DNA of 63,786 bases, filler included, from Thermodesulfobacteriota bacterium (lineage in GTDB: Bacteria; DASVDK01), in the NCBI GenBank assembly GCA_036381125.1. It is 8 parts of 8 records of this genome, joined end to end, with 100 filler letters (N's around TTAATTAATTAA, not from the genome) between each part and the next. Parts side by side here need not be neighbours in the genome. Positions count along the whole stretch, not along the records: positions 57,326 to 59,713 come from DASVDK010000080.1; positions 59,814 to 63,786 come from DASVDK010000082.1; 6 more parts are not named here. The stretch is one strand, 5' to 3'. A program made the position numbers and the translations under genes. The notes beneath the pieces were generated by a model. That model did not search any database. It was not told where the DNA came from and worked only from the letters and a program-made list of their open reading frames with translations. Within the stretch, counting starts at the first letter, position 1, and every line of letters begins with the position of its first letter. Positions 59,289 through 63,786 of this stretch are shown here, piece by piece.

Positions 59289-59666
59289 GTGGTGAAACCT
59301 GCTTGGGGCACGAAGCGCGTCTGCCAGAGCTGCGGCGCGCGATTCTACGACCTGCAGCGCGAGCCGATCGTCTGTCCGAAATGCTCCGCCGTCTACGATC
59401 CGGAGTCGGCCTCGCGGACGCGGCGGGGCCGCGGCGCCGTGGCCGAAAAGGTGGTGGCGTTGAAGCCGACCGAGGCGACCGAGGCGGCCGAGGTCGAGCT
59501 CGAAGACGTCGACGTCGATCTCGACGTCTCCGACGAGGATCTCGTCCTCGAAGAGGAGGGCGAGGAGGACGACGAGGACCTGATCGAGGACGCCTCGGAA
59601 CTCGGCGAGGATGACGAGGACATGGCCGAGGTGATCGAGAACGTCGACGACGAAGACGAGCGCTGA
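59289..59666 (+). CDS. TIGR02300/FYDLN acid-domain protein
   Basis: WGTKR.C.SCGARFYDL...PI.CPKC plus acidic tail; divergent from aroA. Confidence 0.9.
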   Translation: MVKPAWGTKRVCQSCGARFYDLQREPIVCPKCSAVYDPESASRTRRGRGAVAEKVVALKPTEATEAAEVELEDVDVDLDVSDEDLVLEEEGEEDDEDLIEDASELGEDDEDMAEVIENVDDEDER

Positions 59667-59870
59667 GGCGGCCCCGGCCGGCGCGCCGGGGGCCGGTTCC
59701 CGGTCCGGCGGCGNNNNNNNNNNNNNNNNNNNNNNNNNNNNNNNNNNNNNNNNNNNNTTAATTAATTAANNNNNNNNNNNNNNNNNNNNNNNNNNNNNNN
59801 NNNNNNNNNNNNNGGTTCGAACACGTCCACACCAGACTCCCTCTTGAGTTTGAACCTCAGCCACCGGAAC

Positions 59871-59910
59871 ACGGGGGTTCCAGGGGGTCGCCCCCCTGGG
59901 CGAACACAGC
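59871..59910. repeat. GC-rich hairpin (REP-like or terminator)
   Basis: CCAGGGGG-TCG-CCCCCTGG-type stem just after the fadA6 stop. Confidence 0.45.
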
Positions 59911-61064
59911 TAGCACAGCTCCAGAATGGTCACGTTGGCCTGGCCGCCGCCCTCGCACATGGTCTGGAGGCCGTAGCGGCCGCCGGTGCGCTCCAGTTCG
60001 TGGAGGAGGGTGGTCATGAGGCGGGCGCCGGTGGCGCCGAGGGGGTGGCCGAGGGCGATGGCGCCGCCGTTGGGGTTGACCTTGGCCGGGTCGGCGCCGG
60101 TCTCCTTGAGCCAGGCGAGGACGACGGACGCGAACGCCTCGTTGATCTCGACGGCGTCGATGTCGCCGATCGTCATGCCGGTCTTCTTCAGCGCGTAGGC
60201 GGTGGCGGGGATGGGCGCGGAGAGCATGCGGATGGGGTCCTCGCCGCGTGCGGAGATGTGGTGGATGCGGGCGCGCGGGGTGAGGCCGTGGTCCTTGACG
60301 GCCCGCTCGGACGCGATGAGCAGCGCGGCGGAGCCGTCGGAGATCTGGGACGAGACCGCCGCGGTGAGGCGTCCGCCGTCCACGAGGGTCTTCAGCCCGG
60401 CCATCTTCTCCAGGGTGGTGTCGCGGCGCGGCCCCTCGTCGGCGGCGACGTCCCCGTAGGGGGCGATCTCGCGTTCGAATCGGCCCTCGTCGATGGCGCG
60501 GATCGCGCGCCGGTGCGACTCGTAGGCGAACCTCTCCATGTCCTCGCGGGACAGGTCCCAGTCGCGGGCGATCATCTCGGCGCCGTTGAACTGGGAGACC
60601 TCGGTGTCGCCGTAGCGGCGCGTCCAGCCCGTGGAGCCGGCGAAGGGGCCCTCGGTGAAGCCGAGCGGCGCGGCGGCGGTCATCGCCGACGCGATCGGGA
60701 TCTGCGACATGTTCTGCACGCCGCCCGCCACCACCAGGTCCGACGTGCCGGACAGGACGGCCTGCGCGGCGAAGTGCACGGCCTGCTGCGAGGAGCCGCA
60801 CTGCCGGTCGACGGTGACGCCGGGGACCTCCTCGGGGAGGCCGGCGGCGAGCCAGCAGGTGCGGGCGATGTCGCCGGCCTGCGGGCCGATGGTGTCGACG
60901 CAGCCGAACACGACGTCCTCGACGGCGGCCGGGTCGATCTTCGTCCGGTCCATGAGGGCGGTGAGGACGTGCGCGCCGAGGTCGGCGGGGTGCACCCCGG
61001 CGAGCCCGCCGCCGCGCCGCCCGACGGGGGCGCGGACGGCGTCGACGATGTATGCCTCGGCCAT
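59910..61064 (-). CDS. fadA6: acetyl-CoA C-acyltransferase (steroid C/D-ring thiolase FadA6-like)
   Basis: DRQCGSSQQA, NEAFA, GHPLGATG, MCEGGG; synteny with kstR2. Confidence 0.85.
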   Translation of the reverse strand: MAEAYIVDAVRAPVGRRGGGLAGVHPADLGAHVLTALMDRTKIDPAAVEDVVFGCVDTIGPQAGDIARTCWLAAGLPEEVPGVTVDRQCGSSQQAVHFAAQAVLSGTSDLVVAGGVQNMSQIPIASAMTAAAPLGFTEGPFAGSTGWTRRYGDTEVSQFNGAEMIARDWDLSREDMERFAYESHRRAIRAIDEGRFEREIAPYGDVAADEGPRRDTTLEKMAGLKTLVDGGRLTAAVSSQISDGSAALLIASERAVKDHGLTPRARIHHISARGEDPIRMLSAPIPATAYALKKTGMTIGDIDAVEINEAFASVVLAWLKETGADPAKVNPNGGAIALGHPLGATGARLMTTLLHELERTGGRYGLQTMCEGGGQANVTILELC

Positions 61065-61102
61065 GGGGTCTTCTCCTTCGTGCGGGTCCGTCGTGCAGGG
61101 GC

Positions 61103-61720
61103 CTAGCTCGCCTGGATGCCTTCGAGGAACATGGCGAGGTACTGCTTGGCGATGTCGTCGGCGGACAGCCGCCCGCCGCGCTGGTACCAGTTCGCCGCGA
61201 CCCACACGGTGTCGCGGATGAACCGGTACACGAGGCTCCGGTCGAGGTCGGCGCGGAACGCGCCCTCCTTGACGCCGCGGTCGAGCAGCGACAGCCACAT
61301 CTCCTCGAACCGGCGCTGCGAGTCGAGGAGGTAGTGGAAGCGCTCGCTGGTCGCGAGGTGCTTGGACTCGTTCTGGTAGAGGACGACGGCGGGCCGGTGC
61401 CGGTCGATCGAGCGGAACGACTCGACGACGATGGCCTCCAGCGTGTCGCGGGCGTTGAGCCCGGCGCCGAGGATGCGCTCGTACCCGGCCCACATCTCGT
61501 CCAGGAACGTCCGGAGGATCTCGTCGGCCATCGACTCCTTGGAGTCGAAGTGGTAGTAGAGGCTGCCGCCGAGGATGCCGGCGGCGTCGGCGACCTTCCG
61601 GACGGTGGTGGCGGAGTAGCCCTGGGAGGCGAACACCTCCGCGGCCGTGGCGAGCAGTTCCGCCCGCCGCTCCGCGCGGGCGGCGGCGGTGCCCTCGGCG
61701 TCGCGCCGTCGTGGACTCAT
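61103..61720 (-). CDS. kstR2: TetR-family regulator KstR2
   Basis: TTVR.VADAAGIL.GSLYYHFDSKESM, YRFIRDTVWVA..WY. Confidence 0.88.
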   Translation of the reverse strand: MSPRRRDAEGTAAARAERRAELLATAAEVFASQGYSATTVRKVADAAGILGGSLYYHFDSKESMADEILRTFLDEMWAGYERILGAGLNARDTLEAIVVESFRSIDRHRPAVVLYQNESKHLATSERFHYLLDSQRRFEEMWLSLLDRGVKEGAFRADLDRSLVYRFIRDTVWVAANWYQRGGRLSADDIAKQYLAMFLEGIQAS

Positions 61721-61727
61721 GTGCTTC

Positions 61728-62507
61728 CTATGCGTGCTGGGAGGAGACGGAGACGACCTCGCCCGTCATGTACGAGGAGTAGTCGCTGGCCAGGAAGACG
61801 ATAACGTTGGCCACCTCCCACGGCTCGGCGTAGCGCCCGAACGCCTCCCGGCGCGTCAGCTCCTCCAGCAGCTCCTCGGAGGTCACCTTGACCAGGTGCG
61901 GGTGCATGGCGAGGGACGGCGAGACCGCGTTGATCCGGACGCCGAAGTCCGCGGCCTCCAGTGCGGCACAGCGGGTGAGCGCCATGACGCCGGCCTTGGC
62001 GGCGGCGTAGTGGGACTGGCCCTTCTGCGCCCGCCAGCCGATCACCGAGGCGTTGTTGACGATGACGCCGGAGCCCTGGCCGCGCATCATGCGCAGCGCC
62101 GCGCGCGTGCAGCGCATGGTGCCGTTGAGGGTGATGTCGATGACGCGGTCCCACTGCTCGTCGGCCATGTCGACCAGGTCGGCCGTGCCGCCGAGCCCGG
62201 CGTTGTTGATCGCGACGTCGACGCGGCCGAACCGCTCGGCGGCGAATGCGTAGAGGGCCCGCACCTGCTCCTCGGACGTGACGTCGCAGGGCTGCGCGGC
62301 GACGCGGCCGGCGCCGAACTCCTTCTCCAGCTCCCGCGCGGACGCGGCCAGCCGCCGCTCGTGCGCGTCGGAGACCAGGACGCGGGCGCCCTCCTCCAGG
62401 CAGCGGCGGGCGGTGGCGCCGCCGATCCCGGCCCCGGCCGCCGCGGTGATGACGACGGCGCGGTCCTTCAGGAGGCCGTGCCCGGGGACGTAGGGGGGCG
62501 GCGTCAT
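61728..62507 (-). CDS. ipdF: SDR oxidoreductase (IpdF/Rv3559c-like)
   Basis: GHGLL....VITAAAGAGIG, SDAHERRL, YAAAK, YMTGEVVSVSSQH. Confidence 0.82.
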   Translation of the reverse strand: MTPPPYVPGHGLLKDRAVVITAAAGAGIGGATARRCLEEGARVLVSDAHERRLAASARELEKEFGAGRVAAQPCDVTSEEQVRALYAFAAERFGRVDVAINNAGLGGTADLVDMADEQWDRVIDITLNGTMRCTRAALRMMRGQGSGVIVNNASVIGWRAQKGQSHYAAAKAGVMALTRCAALEAADFGVRINAVSPSLAMHPHLVKVTSEELLEELTRREAFGRYAEPWEVANVIVFLASDYSSYMTGEVVSVSSQHA

Positions 62508-63685
62508 CCGCGTGCCTCCTTCGGGAGCCCGAGCACCCGCTCGGCGATGATGTTGCGCTGGATCTCGTTCGACCCCGCGTAGATCGTGTCGGCGCGGGAG
62601 AACAGGAAGAGCCGCTGCCAGTCGTTCAGGTCGTAGGGCTCGCCGTCCGCGACGAGGCCGGCGGCGCCGAGGACGTCCATGGCCAGTTCCCCCAGTTCGC
62701 GGTGCCAGGTGCCCCACACGAGCTTGGAGATGGACGATTCGGGGCCGGGCGCGCCGGCGGCGACGCCGGCCATGGTCCGCACGGCGTTCAGCCGCATGAT
62801 CTCCAGGCCCATGTACGAGCGGGTCAGCCGGTCGCGCAGCAGCGGGTCGTCGATGGCGCCGGTGCGCCGGGCGAGGTCGGCGACGCCCTCGAACTCGCGC
62901 CGGAACCCGACCTGCTGGCCGAGGGTGGCGACGCCGCGCTCGAACCCGAGCGTGGCCATCGCGATCCTCCAGCCCTCGCCGGGCGCGCCGACGATGTTGC
63001 CGGCGTCGGTGCGGGCGCCGTCGAAGAAGACCTCGTTGAACTCGGAGGTCCCGGTGAGCTGGACGATCGGCCGGATGTCCACGCCGTCCTGCCTCATCGG
63101 GACGAGCAGGTACGACAGGCCCTTGTGGCGCGCCGACCCGGGCTCGGTGCGGCAGACGGCGAAGCACCAGTCCGCTTCGAGGGCGAGGGACGTCCACACC
63201 TTCTGGCCGTTGATCACCCAGTGGTCGCCGGCGAGCTCGGCGCGCGTCTGGACGTTCGCGAGGTCGGACCCGGCGCCGGGCTCGGAGTAGCCCTGGCACC
63301 ACAGCTCTTCGACCGCCGCGATGGGCGGGAGGAAGCGGGCCTTCTGCTCGTCGGTGCCGAACGCGATGATCGTGGGGCCGAGCAGGTTCTCGCCGATGTG
63401 GTTGACCCGGGCGGGGCCGTCGGCGAGGGCGTACTCCTCGTGGAAGATGACCTGCTGCTCGACGGTGGCGCCGCGCCCGCCGTACTCCGCCGGCCAGCCG
63501 AGGCACGTCCAGCCGGCCGCGGCCATGTGGCGCTCCCAGGCCAGCCGCTCCTCGAACGCCTCGTGCTCGCGTCCGGGCCCGCCGAGCCCGCGGGCGTGCG
63601 CGAACTCGCCCTGCAGGTTCGACCGGAGCCAGTCGCGGACCTCGGCGCGGAACTCGCGGTCCCGCGGCGACTCGTTCTGGTTCAC
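62504..63685 (-). CDS. fadE30: acyl-CoA dehydrogenase (FadE30-like)
   Basis: GGPGREH, WCQGYSEPGAGSDL, GQKVWTS, FLFSRADTIYAGSNEIQRN. Confidence 0.85.
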   Translation of the reverse strand: MNQNESPRDREFRAEVRDWLRSNLQGEFAHARGLGGPGREHEAFEERLAWERHMAAAGWTCLGWPAEYGGRGATVEQQVIFHEEYALADGPARVNHIGENLLGPTIIAFGTDEQKARFLPPIAAVEELWCQGYSEPGAGSDLANVQTRAELAGDHWVINGQKVWTSLALEADWCFAVCRTEPGSARHKGLSYLLVPMRQDGVDIRPIVQLTGTSEFNEVFFDGARTDAGNIVGAPGEGWRIAMATLGFERGVATLGQQVGFRREFEGVADLARRTGAIDDPLLRDRLTRSYMGLEIMRLNAVRTMAGVAAGAPGPESSISKLVWGTWHRELGELAMDVLGAAGLVADGEPYDLNDWQRLFLFSRADTIYAGSNEIQRNIIAERVLGLPKEARG

Positions 63686-63692
63686 GCCACGG

Positions 63693-63713
63693 ACTCTACC
63701 AAACAGTTGATAG
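63693..63713 (-). promoter_or_regulatory. KstR2-like operator overlapping the -10 of a probably leaderless promoter
   Basis: CTACCAAACAGTTGATAG resembles AnCAAGnnCTTGnT; minus-strand TAGAGT (63698-63693) lies 7 nt before GTG 63685. Confidence 0.6.
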
Positions 63714-63786
63714 AAAGAATCACTCCCCAGCGCGGGTTCGGCCTCCCGTCCCGCCGCCGGCCGGGCGGCCGGCCCGGCCGCCCGCT

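Overview
This window is not one locus. It is eight GC-rich bacterial contigs joined by 100-bp N/TTAATTAATTAA spacers: 1-11402, 11503-26422, 26523-34367, 34468-46752, 46853-53727, 53828-57225, 57326-59713 and 59814-63786. Contigs 1-6 look like one environmental lineage, possibly Rokubacteria/Methylomirabilota or deltaproteobacterial (inference). Contig 7 (aroA-cmk-TIGR02300) looks alphaproteobacterial and contig 8 (fadA6-kstR2-ipdF-fadE30 steroid C/D-ring genes) looks actinobacterial. The ordinary content is two tRNAs, two-component systems, fetAB, a tRNA-Arg-integrated element, ABC/TTT/MFS transporters, recD2, a sigma54-driven type IV pilus cluster, tkt-zwf-opcA and several orphan catabolic operons. 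The main signal is three selenoprotein genes that the ORF track splits or misses: an AhpD/CMD protein with CPFU (7979-8557), a UGSC-family protein with UGSC (17692-18234), and a 97-aa CMD-like protein with CTSU (24687-24980, absent from the track). Each in-frame TGA is followed by a hairpin whose AG-starting loop lies 17-18 nt downstream, as expected of a bacterial SECIS. The UGSC gene sits in a compact GntR - ABC transporter - conserved partner - UGSC selenoprotein - FAD oxidoreductase operon, my best candidate for an uncharacterised selenium-dependent uptake/catabolism system. GGGGTCAG-tagged 25-bp tandem/inverted repeat arrays and an in-frame coding repeat are also present. All family assignments come from motif recognition; no database search was run.
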